Assembly (NCBI GenBank): GCA_050950825.1
Contig: JBMNIH010000003.1
Location: forward strand, 160,001-224,000
Direction: 5' to 3'
Length of the DNA: 64,000 nucleotides
Source of the DNA: Clostridia bacterium
GTDB lineage: Bacteria; Bacillota; Clostridia; JAAYHZ01
The stretch's first letter is position 1, and each line of letters starts with the position of its first letter. A model generated the notes under the pieces. It was given only the letters and a program-made list of their open reading frames with translations. It ran no database searches and was not told where the DNA came from. The translations under genes were made by a program, and so were the position numbers. Shown here piece by piece: positions 30,083 through 40,493 of the stretch.

Positions 30083-32722
30083 TTGCTTATGAGTGTTCAG
30101 CTGGCAATAATAACATTCTATATGTTTTTTTCTATCGTAATGTTGATATCTTCTACCGCTTTCTTAATACAGAAAAGAAGGTATGGGATATCGGGTTTTT
30201 TTGTATTGCTGGCTGTTTGCATTCTGTTTTATCTTTTCGGGTACGTAATGGAGTTAAATAGCAACTCCTTGGAAAAAGCCCTCTTTTGGCATCGGTTTCA
30301 GTACATAGGATTCCCCTTTGTCTCCGTCATTTGGCTGTTTTTTACCTTTCAATACATGAATAAGTTCGTATTATTAAACAAATGGAGCAAGCTGGCCTTG
30401 CTATTACTCCCCGTAGGCACCTTTGTCCTCCGACACACCAACCGCTACCACGGTTTGCTGTATTCGGGGTTTAGCTTCATTCAAAAAGGTCCTTTTTTCA
30501 TTTTGGTTTTGGAACGAGGTCCGTTGTATTTTATTCAAATCATCTATAATTCCTTGTATTTCGTTTTAATCTACATCCTATTATTACTCGGTTGGATTCA
30601 AGGAGATAAAGATCAAAAAAGATCTTTGTTTTTTATAGGGCTTTTATCCTTCTTTCCGATTATGGGGTTGTTCTTAAACTATTATTTTTCACCGAAAACC
30701 GGCTTGGATTATACCGCCCTTTTAATACCCATATCCATTTTCTTGTTCGTTCTTCCGATTAACAAAATCTTGAGCACGGGCAATTCTTCGAGTGAGCCGG
30801 TGACCCAATTGCTGGAGATGATTCGGCGAGTAGCCTACCGTAAGGCTTTACAAAGAGCCTTAATTTTCAGCCTGCAAACCGGATGCGATCATGCGGAGCC
30901 CACCTTTTTCCAAGACGCGGTCCAATATTTGTCACAAGAGACGGACATGGATTACGTGGCTCTCCATCGAATCGATGATCCGTATACCTGCGTTCCCCTT
31001 GCCTGTATCTACAAAGGGAAAATCACAAACAAGACGAACGTTCCGGGTTTTCGAAGAGTTCTTGAACGCCAGCGTTCCTCCGACACCCTCTTGTACTACC
31101 GCCGAAACGTACAAAAGATTTTCCCGTACAGCTCCCTTTTAAAGGAAATCAAAGCGCAATGCATGATTCAAATTCCCCTTTTCAATGCCGACGAAACTCC
31201 CATCGCCATTGTTACGTACATAGGCCGCTCACCTACGGCCAGCAGCAAAATGGTTCATATGATTACCAAAATTATCGGCAACCGCATTGTTTCGGAAATC
31301 GCCCGAATCAAAGCCGACCAAATCATACAGGAAAGCGAAGAAAAATACCGTCTTCTCGTAACCAAGATGAACCAAGGGTTAGCGGTTTTCAAAGAAATCA
31401 AGGAAAACCAATATTACCGCTTGGAAGTTATGGATGTGAATCCCGGGTTTGAAAAGCTCATTAATTTATCGAAAAACCAAATCGTCGGGAAGGATTTTTT
31501 CGAGATATTCCCGGACATTAAGCCCCTCCTGATGGATGCCTTTGAAAAAAAATCGCTGCGGCTAGAGGTGTATTATAAAGCATGCGACAAATACATCGAC
31601 GTTTTATTTTACTCCCCGAAAGCCGGCCAAATCGCCGCCATCTGTTCCGATATTACCGATCGTAAAAAAAGAGAAGCGGAAATCATCTATACAAGCAACC
31701 ATGACCTGGTCACCGGTTTGTACAACCGCAACTACTTCGAAAAAATAAAAAGCGAATTGAAAAAGCCGGAAAACCTGCCCCTCTCTTTGATCGTCGGCGA
31801 TATTGACGGACTGAAGCTTACCAACGATATCTTCGGTCATGACGAAGGAGACCGATTATTGATTGAATCCTCCCGCATCCTTCTGAGCCACTCGAAGCCC
31901 CAAGACATTGTAGCGCGAATCGGCGGAGACGAGTTTATCATCGTTCTTTTTAACACCGGTTACGAAGAAGCGAAAGAAATCTGCAACCGCATTTACGGCG
32001 ACTTTAGCCAAGCGGACAAGGATAAAGAAAAAGTCGTGATCCGTCCGAATATTTCTTTAGGCTGCTCCACGATTAACAGCATGGACGAATCCATCGGCAC
32101 GGCATATCGGAACGCGGAAGCCGATATGTATCGCCAAAAATTCAGTAACAAGAAGAAGAACCTTGCAAAATTAATGTCCAACATTAAGAGCATTATGTTT
32201 GAACGCACCTTGGAAACCCAAGAGCATATCGATCGGCTTTTAGGGTTAGGCCGAAGATTGGGCAAAGCCTTGAATTTGTTTGAAGAAGACCTTCAAGACC
32301 TGGAATTGGTGTGTATGTTCCACGATATCGGCAAGATGAAAATCGACAAAAATATTCTGTCCAAAACGGAGCCTTTGACGGACCTGGAGCTGGCGGAGCT
32401 GCGCAAATATCCGGAAACCGGCTACCGTATCGCCTTGGCGACCCCCGAGCTTTTCCCCGTAGCCGACTATATCTTATGCATTCATGAATATTGGGACGGA
32501 ACGGGCTATCCGAGATGCTTGTCCGGTCAAAACATTCCTTTCTTGTCCCGCGTATTCGCCGTGATAAACGCTTACGATGCCATGACCCACGACCGTCCCT
32601 ACCGAAAAGCGTTGACCCACGAAGAAGCCTTGGAGCAAATCCGTCTTCAAAAAGGTACCCGCTACGATCCCTGCATTGTGGATGCTTTCCTTGGAATGTT
32701 CCAAACCACCGCAATCGAATAA
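30083..32722 (+). CDS. Membrane diguanylate cyclase: 7TM sensor + PAS + GGDEF + degenerate HD-GYP
   Basis: N-terminal HisKA_7TM-like helices, ARIGGDEF, HDIGK...IHEYWDGTGYP. Confidence 0.88.
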   Translation: MLMSVQLAIITFYMFFSIVMLISSTAFLIQKRRYGISGFFVLLAVCILFYLFGYVMELNSNSLEKALFWHRFQYIGFPFVSVIWLFFTFQYMNKFVLLNKWSKLALLLLPVGTFVLRHTNRYHGLLYSGFSFIQKGPFFILVLERGPLYFIQIIYNSLYFVLIYILLLLGWIQGDKDQKRSLFFIGLLSFFPIMGLFLNYYFSPKTGLDYTALLIPISIFLFVLPINKILSTGNSSSEPVTQLLEMIRRVAYRKALQRALIFSLQTGCDHAEPTFFQDAVQYLSQETDMDYVALHRIDDPYTCVPLACIYKGKITNKTNVPGFRRVLERQRSSDTLLYYRRNVQKIFPYSSLLKEIKAQCMIQIPLFNADETPIAIVTYIGRSPTASSKMVHMITKIIGNRIVSEIARIKADQIIQESEEKYRLLVTKMNQGLAVFKEIKENQYYRLEVMDVNPGFEKLINLSKNQIVGKDFFEIFPDIKPLLMDAFEKKSLRLEVYYKACDKYIDVLFYSPKAGQIAAICSDITDRKKREAEIIYTSNHDLVTGLYNRNYFEKIKSELKKPENLPLSLIVGDIDGLKLTNDIFGHDEGDRLLIESSRILLSHSKPQDIVARIGGDEFIIVLFNTGYEEAKEICNRIYGDFSQADKDKEKVVIRPNISLGCSTINSMDESIGTAYRNAEADMYRQKFSNKKKNLAKLMSNIKSIMFERTLETQEHIDRLLGLGRRLGKALNLFEEDLQDLELVCMFHDIGKMKIDKNILSKTEPLTDLELAELRKYPETGYRIALATPELFPVADYILCIHEYWDGTGYPRCLSGQNIPFLSRVFAVINAYDAMTHDRPYRKALTHEEALEQIRLQKGTRYDPCIVDAFLGMFQTTAIE

Positions 32723-32757
32723 TACAACTTTCTTGTCGAAAAAGATAATTGTTTCGG

Positions 32758-32786
32758 TTGACTTTTCTTTTTCTCAATCATATAAT
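32758..32786 (+). promoter_or_regulatory. Sigma-A promoter of the T-box/leuA transcript
   Basis: TTGACT-N17-TATAAT. Confidence 0.75.
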
Positions 32787-32824
32787 AGCTTAAAATTTAT
32801 TTTGACGCACGAATTTTACATATG

Positions 32825-33103
32825 TAAAAGACTGTGACGGGGACTAGTAAATCCGCTTACTCCTGACAGAGAGCCGCCGGACGGTGAAAGGCGGCGGGTA
32901 AAACGATTGAATCTCACCCCTGAGTCTCCGGCTGAAATCCCCCGAGGAGAGTATGCTCGGACGGTTGTCACCGTTATTTAAGACTAGGTTATGGTTGTAA
33001 CCGAAGACGAGTGAAAGATATGTTTATATCTTTAAATAGAGTGGTACCGCGAAAGTAAAGGCCTTTCGTCTCTATAATTGGATAGGGATGAAAGGCTTTT
33101 TTA
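32825..33103 (+). ncRNA. T-box riboswitch leader, Leu specifier CUC
   Basis: AGTA, AGAGA and GGTGAAA stem I motifs; GAA-T-CTC-A specifier at 32913-32915; T-box AAATAGAGTGGTACCGCG at 33034-33051; terminator GCCTTTCGTC...GATGAAAGGC-T7. Confidence 0.92.
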
Positions 33104-33131
33104 ATTCCCCGAATATATCAACTTTAGGAGG

Positions 33132-34718
33132 ATGAGTATGAAACGAATACTAATTTTTGACACGACATTAAGAGACGGCGAGCAGGTGCCGGGAGCCAAA
33201 TTGGATCTTCCCCGGAAGATCAAGATTGCCAAGCAGCTCGAAGCCCTTAATGTGGACTACATCGAAGCCGGATTCCCTGCATCTTCCAAAGGGGATTTTG
33301 ATGCAGTGAAAAACGTTGCACTGGCCATCGGCGAAAACGGCCCCGTGGTCACTGCTTTGGCACGAGCCAATAAAAACGATATCGACGCCGTTTACAACAG
33401 CGTGAAATATGCAAAAAAACCCATGATCCATATGGTTTTAGGAACATCCGATATTCACGTAGAGAAAAAGTTTGCAAAATCCAAAGAGGAAATATTGAAC
33501 TTGGGCGTAGAGGCGGTAAAATACGCGAAAACGTTGCTGCCGGACGTTCAATACTCTACGGAGGATGCATCCCGTTCGGACTTCGAGTATTTGTGGCAAA
33601 CCGTAGAGGCCGTGGTGAAGGCCGGCGCTACCATTGTCAACATACCGGATACGGTGGGATATGCGGTTCCCGAAGAATTCGGAGAAATGATCCGTAAAAT
33701 CCACGACCGGCTGATGAATTTGAACGACAAGGTGATTTTGAGCGTCCACTGCCACAACGATACCGGCTTGGCTGTAGCCAATACGTTGGCGGCCATTAAA
33801 AACGGAGCCACCAAAGTGGAGTGTACCGTCAACGGAATCGGCGAAAGAGCCGGAAACGCCGCCTTGGAAGAAGTGGTCATGGGAATCAAGGTTCGCCAAA
33901 ACTATTACGACGCCTATACCTGTGTCAATACCCGTGAAATCAAGAAAACATCCCGATTGGTCAGCAACCTGATGGGCTTGGACGTTCAAGTAAACAAGGC
34001 CATCACCGGAGATAACGCCTTTGCCCATTCCTCCGGAATTCATCAGGACGGGTTGTTGAAATCCAGAGACGTTTATGAAATCATTCGCCCGGAAGACGTG
34101 GGCGTGGAAGACATGGAATTGGTGCTGACGGCTCGTTCGGGACGCCACGCGGTGAGAAACGCGTTGGAAAAGATGGGCTTCGACTCCATATCCGACGAAA
34201 CCTTCGCCCGAATCCACGAAAAGTTTTTGGAATTGGCGGACAAAAAGAAAGAAGTCTACTACCACGATTTGTACTATTTGATGGAAAAGGACTTCATTCA
34301 AGAATTCCATCTGCTCCAGGAAAACGGCAAAACCGTGGACTTGTATGAGTTCGTCGATTTTCAGGTTATAAGCAACAACATTTATCCTTCCGCTACGGTT
34401 ACATTGAAGAAAGGAAAAGACACCTTTACCGAAAGCACCGTAGGAGACGGTCCTATCGACGCCATGTACACCGCGTTGAAGAAGATCGTGGGAATGGATT
34501 TGCTCCTCACGGAATACAAGATCAACAGCATCTCCCAAGGGAAGGAAGCGTTAGGAAGGGCCTCCATACGTGTGCAGCACGAGGGAAAGAGCTATACCGC
34601 AAGAGCTGTGGACACCGACATTATCAAGGCCAGCGCCGTAGCGTACATCAATGTAATCAACAAAATTCTGCTGGAGCAAGCCCAGCTCAGCAACGGGAAC
34701 GGTCACAACGGACATTAA
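33132..34718 (+). CDS. leuA: 2-isopropylmalate synthase
   Basis: DTTLRDGEQ, HCHND, GERAGN, HSSGIHQDG, C-terminal regulatory GDGPIDA; Leu T-box upstream. Confidence 0.93.
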   Translation: MSMKRILIFDTTLRDGEQVPGAKLDLPRKIKIAKQLEALNVDYIEAGFPASSKGDFDAVKNVALAIGENGPVVTALARANKNDIDAVYNSVKYAKKPMIHMVLGTSDIHVEKKFAKSKEEILNLGVEAVKYAKTLLPDVQYSTEDASRSDFEYLWQTVEAVVKAGATIVNIPDTVGYAVPEEFGEMIRKIHDRLMNLNDKVILSVHCHNDTGLAVANTLAAIKNGATKVECTVNGIGERAGNAALEEVVMGIKVRQNYYDAYTCVNTREIKKTSRLVSNLMGLDVQVNKAITGDNAFAHSSGIHQDGLLKSRDVYEIIRPEDVGVEDMELVLTARSGRHAVRNALEKMGFDSISDETFARIHEKFLELADKKKEVYYHDLYYLMEKDFIQEFHLLQENGKTVDLYEFVDFQVISNNIYPSATVTLKKGKDTFTESTVGDGPIDAMYTALKKIVGMDLLLTEYKINSISQGKEALGRASIRVQHEGKSYTARAVDTDIIKASAVAYINVINKILLEQAQLSNGNGHNGH

Positions 34719-34813
34719 TAAATAAGAAGCATAAAAAGGCGGGCCTTTGAGGGTGCGTCTTAGGGATTTTCAATCCCGGAAATTATCGGCATAGTTTGGT
34801 ATCTATTTACCGG

Positions 34814-35940
34814 CTATGCCGATTTTTCATTCTTGGTGGATGTGGAAGCCGGCGGCTCAAACTCGCCAATGCAATTCCATACAATTTTGATACACTGTAC
34901 CCGCCTGCCATCAATGCGCTCTGCTTTGTACACATAGATTTTTTCAACAAACTCACGGATTATTTCCGCTGTGAGTTCCTTTATGTCGGTGTACTTTCTT
35001 ACTAGAGATAGAAGCCGTCAACATTGAGAGCACTTTCCTTTTCCTCTGTCATAATGGATTGTAGTTCGGCTACTCTGTTTTCAAGGGTATGCTGTTCAGC
35101 TTCATAGTTTGCGCTCATCTTGGCGAATCGCTCGTCGGATATCTTGCCCTCGATATTATCTTCATAAAGCTTTTGTATAATTTCATCCAACTTTTTGATA
35201 CGAGCCTGTGACTGTTCTAATTCTCGTTTGCAATCACGCAAACTTTTATCAAGCTCTGTCCTTGTTTTCTTGGTTACTAATTCCACAAACTCATGCTCAT
35301 AATTTCCGGCAAAAGCTGTCACCTTACGAATACCGTCAAGAGGTAATTCCTCTACTACCACATTGCGTATCCGGTGTGAACTACAGCCACCTTTTATCTT
35401 ACGATAAGTAGCACATACAAAATATTCCTTCTCATGCTCCCAATCACGTCCACGCACTTGATATATTTTATTCCCACAATCAGCACAGAACATCATACCG
35501 GAGAGAAGAGGCATTTCACCCATCGGAGTGAGCCTGCGTCTGCCATCTCTGATTCTTTGTACCACTTCAAATACAGACTCCTCAATAATAGCTTCGTGGG
35601 TGTTTTTAAAAATCATCCATTTTGACGGATCATTCTTCATTTGCTTTTTTTTCGATAGGTTTTGAAATTAACCGTATGTCCTAAATACTCCTGCCTTGAA
35701 AGCATATGAACGATAGTGCTATCTCGCCAAATATAATCATCATCATGACCTCTGTTGTCCGGAACATTAATACCATTACTTTTTGCATGAGCAGTAGGAT
35801 TCGTAATTCCACGCTTAGTGAATTCCTTGGCTATCTGTGAAGGACCATACCCTTGCATACATAAGTGAAATGCCTCACGCACAACTTTAGCTGCTTCTTC
35901 ATCAACAATCCAATGGGTTTTATCTGTAGGTAAATTTGGG
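34814..35940 (-). pseudogene. Large serine recombinase relic (recombinase, zinc ribbon and coiled-coil regions; catalytic N-terminus missing)
   Basis: HWIVDEEAAKVV, YLGHTVNFKT, NTHEAII, LSGMMFCADCG, LYEDNIEGKISDERF across frameshifted ORFs 35637-35882, 35002-35640 and a tail ending at 34814. Confidence 0.85.
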
Positions 35941-35985
35941 GTAGAACTACTCCGAGTTTATGATGTGCTTTTTGGGGAATAGCAT

Positions 35986-36759
35986 TTATCTTTCAATTAG
36001 TAATAATAACAAAGATGGGATATGCATGTAGCATCCGGTTATTCGATAAAGAGAGATGCCATGATCGTTTTTTATTTCGACCGGGATGTTTTCAAGAACT
36101 TTCATTACATCATTTTCAGTAAGCTTAGATTTTTCTGCGATATCTGCAAGGGAAACATACACATTAAAATCATGTACTGTTAAATCATATAATGCATATA
36201 AAACTTTTAATACATTTCTATCGCACAATCTTTCTAAAGATAGATATAAATCGCGTATTTGTGCCGGTGTCGGTGACTGATATGACGCACCATCAGAAAT
36301 AAATACTCCGTTTCCGGCAAATACTGTTGTACCATCAGGTTCTGAGCATGCAGAAAAACCCCATCGATATGGCTGATCTTCTAATCCGTGATTTTTATCT
36401 GTATCCCATGGAATATAGCTTTTGTAGCCTCGAGTACAGGCAACCTCATGTAATAGAATTCCTAAGCGAAAAGCATTATGAAACGCTGTTTCAGCAGGGG
36501 CAGCTTGAAATAGAGACTTTATTTTTAAATAAACATTTTCAAAGGTATCTACCTTTCTGTACCCCATTAGTTCATCAATGCTAACCCCAAATAGTTTAGC
36601 AAGTTCAGGTAGAAGTTGAATATCAGGACAGCATTGAGATGCCTCCCATTTGGATACTGCTTGATTGGTCACCCCAAGTGCATTTGCCAATTCTTCTTGA
36701 GTCATATTTTTCTGACGGCGAAGAAAGGCTATTTGTTCATTTAATTTAATTCCTTCCAT
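35986..36759 (-). CDS. XRE family HTH regulator with unknown C-terminal domain
   Basis: LRRQKNMTQEELANALGVTNQAVSKWE...PDIQLL. Confidence 0.88.
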   Translation of the reverse strand: MEGIKLNEQIAFLRRQKNMTQEELANALGVTNQAVSKWEASQCCPDIQLLPELAKLFGVSIDELMGYRKVDTFENVYLKIKSLFQAAPAETAFHNAFRLGILLHEVACTRGYKSYIPWDTDKNHGLEDQPYRWGFSACSEPDGTTVFAGNGVFISDGASYQSPTPAQIRDLYLSLERLCDRNVLKVLYALYDLTVHDFNVYVSLADIAEKSKLTENDVMKVLENIPVEIKNDHGISLYRITGCYMHIPSLLLLLIER

Positions 36760-36855
36760 ATTGATCTCCTTGTACTTATTCTGTAGCAGCTACAACTTTA
36801 TTATAAGACTTAGATATTTAAACTCAATAACTCATTGGTTTGAATATACATAAAA

Positions 36856-36878
36856 TCATCCAACTTAAGGTTGGATGA
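36856..36878. promoter_or_regulatory. Palindromic operator candidate upstream of the XRE gene
   Basis: Perfect arms TCATCCAAC-N5-GTTGGATGA. Confidence 0.5.
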
Positions 36879-37224
36879 AAGCCTAGGATGTATAGGGATT
36901 TTTCGATTTACAATAATTCTATGGATTGCTATCAAGGTCTTGATTTTCTTAGTAATCAAAAGCGAATACGCTATTCTTAATTAATATGATATTTACGTTA
37001 TTGAAATCAGAATAGGAGAGTAGTAAACCGTGCTTGGCTTTTGGGTAGAGATATAAATTTGGAGGGTGATAATTGATTTACCCTTTGCTATTTAGTTGAT
37101 TTATGATTACAGCCGGTGTAAACCAGCTGTATATTTTACAGTGCAGTCTTTATTGTTAATCCTCCGCTTGAAGAGAGCGATTAACAATTTACATATTTTC
37201 ATTAATCCCTAAGTCCGGCAGCCT

Positions 37225-38052
37225 TTACGGTCTGCCTTTTTTCAAGCCGGTTACGATTTTGTTTCCTACGGCGGAGGCGGCGTACATCAAGGCTCCTAAA
37301 AGGACGATCACGGCCCCCGAGGGTACATTCAAAAGATAGGACAAGGCCAAGCCTCCCAAACACATGACCATGCCGCATAAAGCGGCGTAAATCATCATCC
37401 GATTGAATTTAAACGTAAAAATCCGAACGATGGAGGCGGGTATCGTTAAAAGGGCAATGACCAAAATGATCCCGACGACTCGGATCAGTACCGTAACGGA
37501 CAGGGCGATGAAAACATACAGCACATAGTCCGCCAGATCGGTAGGAATACCGTTTAACCGAGCGAATTCCTTGTCGAATAAATAGGTTTTCAAGGGTTGG
37601 AAAAAGGGTATCAAAAAAGCGAACAAAATGACGATTAAAATGCCGGTCATCCAAAGGTCGGTTTTCGAAACGGTTAAGATGTCTCCGAAAAGATACGAAT
37701 CCAAGGAGGGAGGATATCCGGGCGTCAAAGAAACGAATAAAATCCCTAACGACATTCCCAAAGGCCACACCATGCCGGCAAGGGTATCCTCATTGGTTTT
37801 GACGTTGTGATTGGTATATGCCATACCGAAAGCGGACAGCAAAGCGGTAAACATAGCCCCGATTATGGGTTCGATTCCGATTAAGTAGCCTAATCCCACA
37901 CCGCCGAAGCAGGCATGGGAAATGCCTCCCGCCATCATCACCAATTTCTTTTCCACGATAACGGTACCTATGATACCGCAGACGATGCTGGCCAATACGG
38001 CGCTTAGGATCGCATTTTGCATAAAGGTATATTTCAATACGACGTCAAGCAT
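37225..38052 (-). CDS. znuB: Zn/Mn ABC transporter permease
   Basis: GISHACFGG, YLFGDIL, RVVGIILV. Confidence 0.85.
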   Translation of the reverse strand: MLDVVLKYTFMQNAILSAVLASIVCGIIGTVIVEKKLVMMAGGISHACFGGVGLGYLIGIEPIIGAMFTALLSAFGMAYTNHNVKTNEDTLAGMVWPLGMSLGILFVSLTPGYPPSLDSYLFGDILTVSKTDLWMTGILIVILFAFLIPFFQPLKTYLFDKEFARLNGIPTDLADYVLYVFIALSVTVLIRVVGIILVIALLTIPASIVRIFTFKFNRMMIYAALCGMVMCLGGLALSYLLNVPSGAVIVLLGALMYAASAVGNKIVTGLKKGRP

Positions 38053-38803
38053 GGTTGTGCTCCTCGTGTTTCGGTAAAATTAGTCGGGGTATATTTCCGT
38101 GAGAAATGAGCTCGATAGGAGATCCGTAGACCTTTTCCAGTTCTTCTCCGTTCATTTCGCTTTTATCGTGGTGATACACGTGTTTATTCACGCACAGCAG
38201 CGTTTTGAAATACGAAGAAATGATGGACGTATTATGAGAGACCATAATAACGGTCTTCTCTTTGTTCAATTCCTTCAATAGGTCGTAGATCTCGATTTCG
38301 GATTTTGCATCGATATTGGAAACGGGCTCGTCCAATATGAGGATGGGGGGATCCGCCACCACCGCACGGGCGATCATCACCTTCTGAAGCTGTCCTCCGG
38401 ACAAGCTGTTAATTCTTCTGTCCTTTAAATGCTCAATCCCTAACTTCGCCATGGCTTCACAAGCCAATTTTTGATCTTGCCGATTGAATCTTACGTAGGG
38501 AAATGCTTTCTTGGTCAAAAGCCCCATCAAGACCGTCTCTTCCACGCTGACCGGAAAATCTTTTCCGAAGGTGGTAAACTGAGGCACATAGCCGAAGGGA
38601 TTTTTATGGTCCGTTCGTATATCCACGGTACCGGTTTCCGGCTTTTTTAAGCCCAACAGGATTTTGATCAAGGTGCTTTTTCCCCCGCCGTTGGGTCCGA
38701 TGATCCCGGTAAAATCCTTTTCTTCGATTTCAAAATTCACGTTCTCCAAGGCGCAAAAGTCTCCGTACCATGCGGAAACGTTTTTTACTTTTATAATCTT
38801 CAT
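38045..38803 (-). CDS. znuC: Zn/Mn ABC transporter ATPase
   Basis: GPNGGGKST, GYVPQ, LSGGQLQ, His-rich tail. Confidence 0.85.
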   Translation of the reverse strand: MKIIKVKNVSAWYGDFCALENVNFEIEEKDFTGIIGPNGGGKSTLIKILLGLKKPETGTVDIRTDHKNPFGYVPQFTTFGKDFPVSVEETVLMGLLTKKAFPYVRFNRQDQKLACEAMAKLGIEHLKDRRINSLSGGQLQKVMIARAVVADPPILILDEPVSNIDAKSEIEIYDLLKELNKEKTVIMVSHNTSIISSYFKTLLCVNKHVYHHDKSEMNGEELEKVYGSPIELISHGNIPRLILPKHEEHNHA

Positions 38804-39690
38804 TTTGATCCTTCGCTTTCTAACAAGGCATCGGCAATGTCGATCAGGTTTTGGGGAAAGCTTGAGGATAAAGGATCGATCATCCTTGTTTTCCCTCCGA
38901 TCTCCGACGCCACTATTTCCGCTTGTTTCTTATCGTGCTCCGCTTGGTAGAAAACCGTTTTGATTCCTTTGCTTTTTGCGTAATCCACCACATCTCCCAG
39001 TTGCTTGATGGAGGCTTCCTTACCGTGCTCCTCTACGGCAATCATGGTCAGCCCATACTCGTCGGCAAAATACCCTAATGCGGGATGGTAGATGATAAAT
39101 TCCTTACTCTTTAGCTTTTCAATGGTCTCTCGTATCGTTTCATCCGTTTCGTCCAAAAGCTTTTGAAAATCCTCCGCATTGCGCCGGTAGTCGGAGGCAT
39201 GGTCCGGGTCGATGCGAATTAGCCGTTCTTTGATGACATCCGTCATGATCTTCACCCTTTTGATAGACAGCCAAACATGGGGATCCCGTTCTCCTTCGAC
39301 GGTCAAATCGGGATAGGATTTGGCCGCTTCTTCATGAAGGTTTATAATCGTCAAATCCCGATTCAATTGAAGGGCCTTCGGTTTGATATTCGCTTCTTCC
39401 GCCGGAACACCTAAGGAAAAATAGAGAAGGGAGTCTTCCAAAGAGCTTAAGATTCCGGGAGAAGGCTCGTAGCTTTCGGGACTGCTCCCCGGAGGAATGA
39501 GGGTGACGATTTGTACATGGTCTTTTGCGATCGCCTCCACCACGGACTTTAATGGAGGTATGGAAACGGCTACCGTGATCTTATCCGTATCTTCCGTCGT
39601 TTTTTGGCATCCGAAAAAAAAGACCATAGCTACAAACGTTATGAACATCAAAAACCCTTTCGTTTTTCTTAATGGCATCATCCTTGTCAT
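38800..39690 (-). CDS. znuA: Zn/Mn ABC transporter substrate-binding lipoprotein
   Basis: FFGC lipobox, PPGSSPESYEP, DPHVWLS, YHPALGYFA. Confidence 0.85.
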   Translation of the reverse strand: MTRMMPLRKTKGFLMFITFVAMVFFFGCQKTTEDTDKITVAVSIPPLKSVVEAIAKDHVQIVTLIPPGSSPESYEPSPGILSSLEDSLLYFSLGVPAEEANIKPKALQLNRDLTIINLHEEAAKSYPDLTVEGERDPHVWLSIKRVKIMTDVIKERLIRIDPDHASDYRRNAEDFQKLLDETDETIRETIEKLKSKEFIIYHPALGYFADEYGLTMIAVEEHGKEASIKQLGDVVDYAKSKGIKTVFYQAEHDKKQAEIVASEIGGKTRMIDPLSSSFPQNLIDIADALLESEGSK

Positions 39691-39737
39691 TTCTCCCTTA
39701 CCGAATTTTTCGGTCTCTTCTTGTTTCGTGTCTTACC

Positions 39738-39766
39738 ATTATAATTCGCAATGAAGTATATGTCAA
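39738..39766 (-). promoter_or_regulatory. Consensus sigma-A promoter of the metal ABC operon
   Basis: TTGACA-N17-TATAAT, perfect. Confidence 0.85.
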
Positions 39767-39896
39767 TTATTTCATATTTTTATAGCCCCCATCCTCTCTC
39801 TGCAATTCCCTTTTCCCGAAGATCAAATAAAAACGATATGCTTTTACACATACCGTTTTTAATCCTATTATTCATTGTCTCACATACACGTTTCGG

Positions 39897-40493
39897 CTAT
39901 TCCGCCGCTTCCGTATCTTCGGTCTTCGTATCTTCCGTATCTACCGTATCCTCCGTGCCGAGGACGAGAACGGAAGCGATTACATGGTCTTCCGGCGTTT
40001 CGATGACAACGCTAGGTATTTTCTCAAGATCCTTTACCAAAATAACGTCTCCCGCCTGAAGACCGGACACATCCATTGTATATTTTTCCGGAATATCGGA
40101 AAGAGGGCCCTTTACCTTAATATGAGGCAAATCGATTTGTAAGAACAGTTTGCGATTTTCCAATGCACTTCTTCCGGTGGGCACAAAGGGCACTTCTATT
40201 GTCACTTCTTCGTTTGCTGCGGCAACTTGAATCTGAAGATGCTGAATATCACCTCGAACCGGGTCCGTTTTCACCTCTTTCAATACCCCGGTATACACTT
40301 GACCGTTTAGGGACAAAGAAATAATTCCCGTATTCCCTTTGGTTCGAATCAGGCGATGGACGTCATTGGCTTGCAATTGAATGGATTTGCTAGGAACCGT
40401 TTTACCGTATATGACAGCAGGAACAAATCCCGCTTTTCGCACCTTATACCCTTTCTCCGTCCTCTCTATAGCTGCCAAGGCTTCTATACTCAT
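39897..40493 (-). CDS. rplY: 50S ribosomal protein L25 / general stress protein Ctc
   Basis: RKAGFVPAVIYG, DPVRGDIQH, acidic tail. Confidence 0.88.
   Translation of the reverse strand: MSIEALAAIERTEKGYKVRKAGFVPAVIYGKTVPSKSIQLQANDVHRLIRTKGNTGIISLSLNGQVYTGVLKEVKTDPVRGDIQHLQIQVAAANEEVTIEVPFVPTGRSALENRKLFLQIDLPHIKVKGPLSDIPEKYTMDVSGLQAGDVILVKDLEKIPSVVIETPEDHVIASVLVLGTEDTVDTEDTKTEDTEAAE

Larger units (their letters stand above)
34772..37209 (-). mobile_element. Degenerate TnpX-like serine-recombinase integrative element (~2.4 kb)
   Basis: Visibly AT-richer; AATCCC direct repeats at 34772-34777 and 37204-37209; removing the element restores a perfect hairpin; carries a recombinase relic and an XRE gene. 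Confidence 0.75.

Noticed and set aside
33438-34538. 366-aa antisense ORF
   Set aside because: Lies entirely opposite leuA with no recognisable motifs; a codon-bias shadow
36893-36902. Second TAGGGATTTT copy as the right boundary of the element
   Set aside because: AT-rich sequence continues to ~37203, and only the 37204 junction restores the hairpin
39897-39960. Short CCGTATCT-like tandem repeats
   Set aside because: They encode the acidic low-complexity tail of L25; not an array
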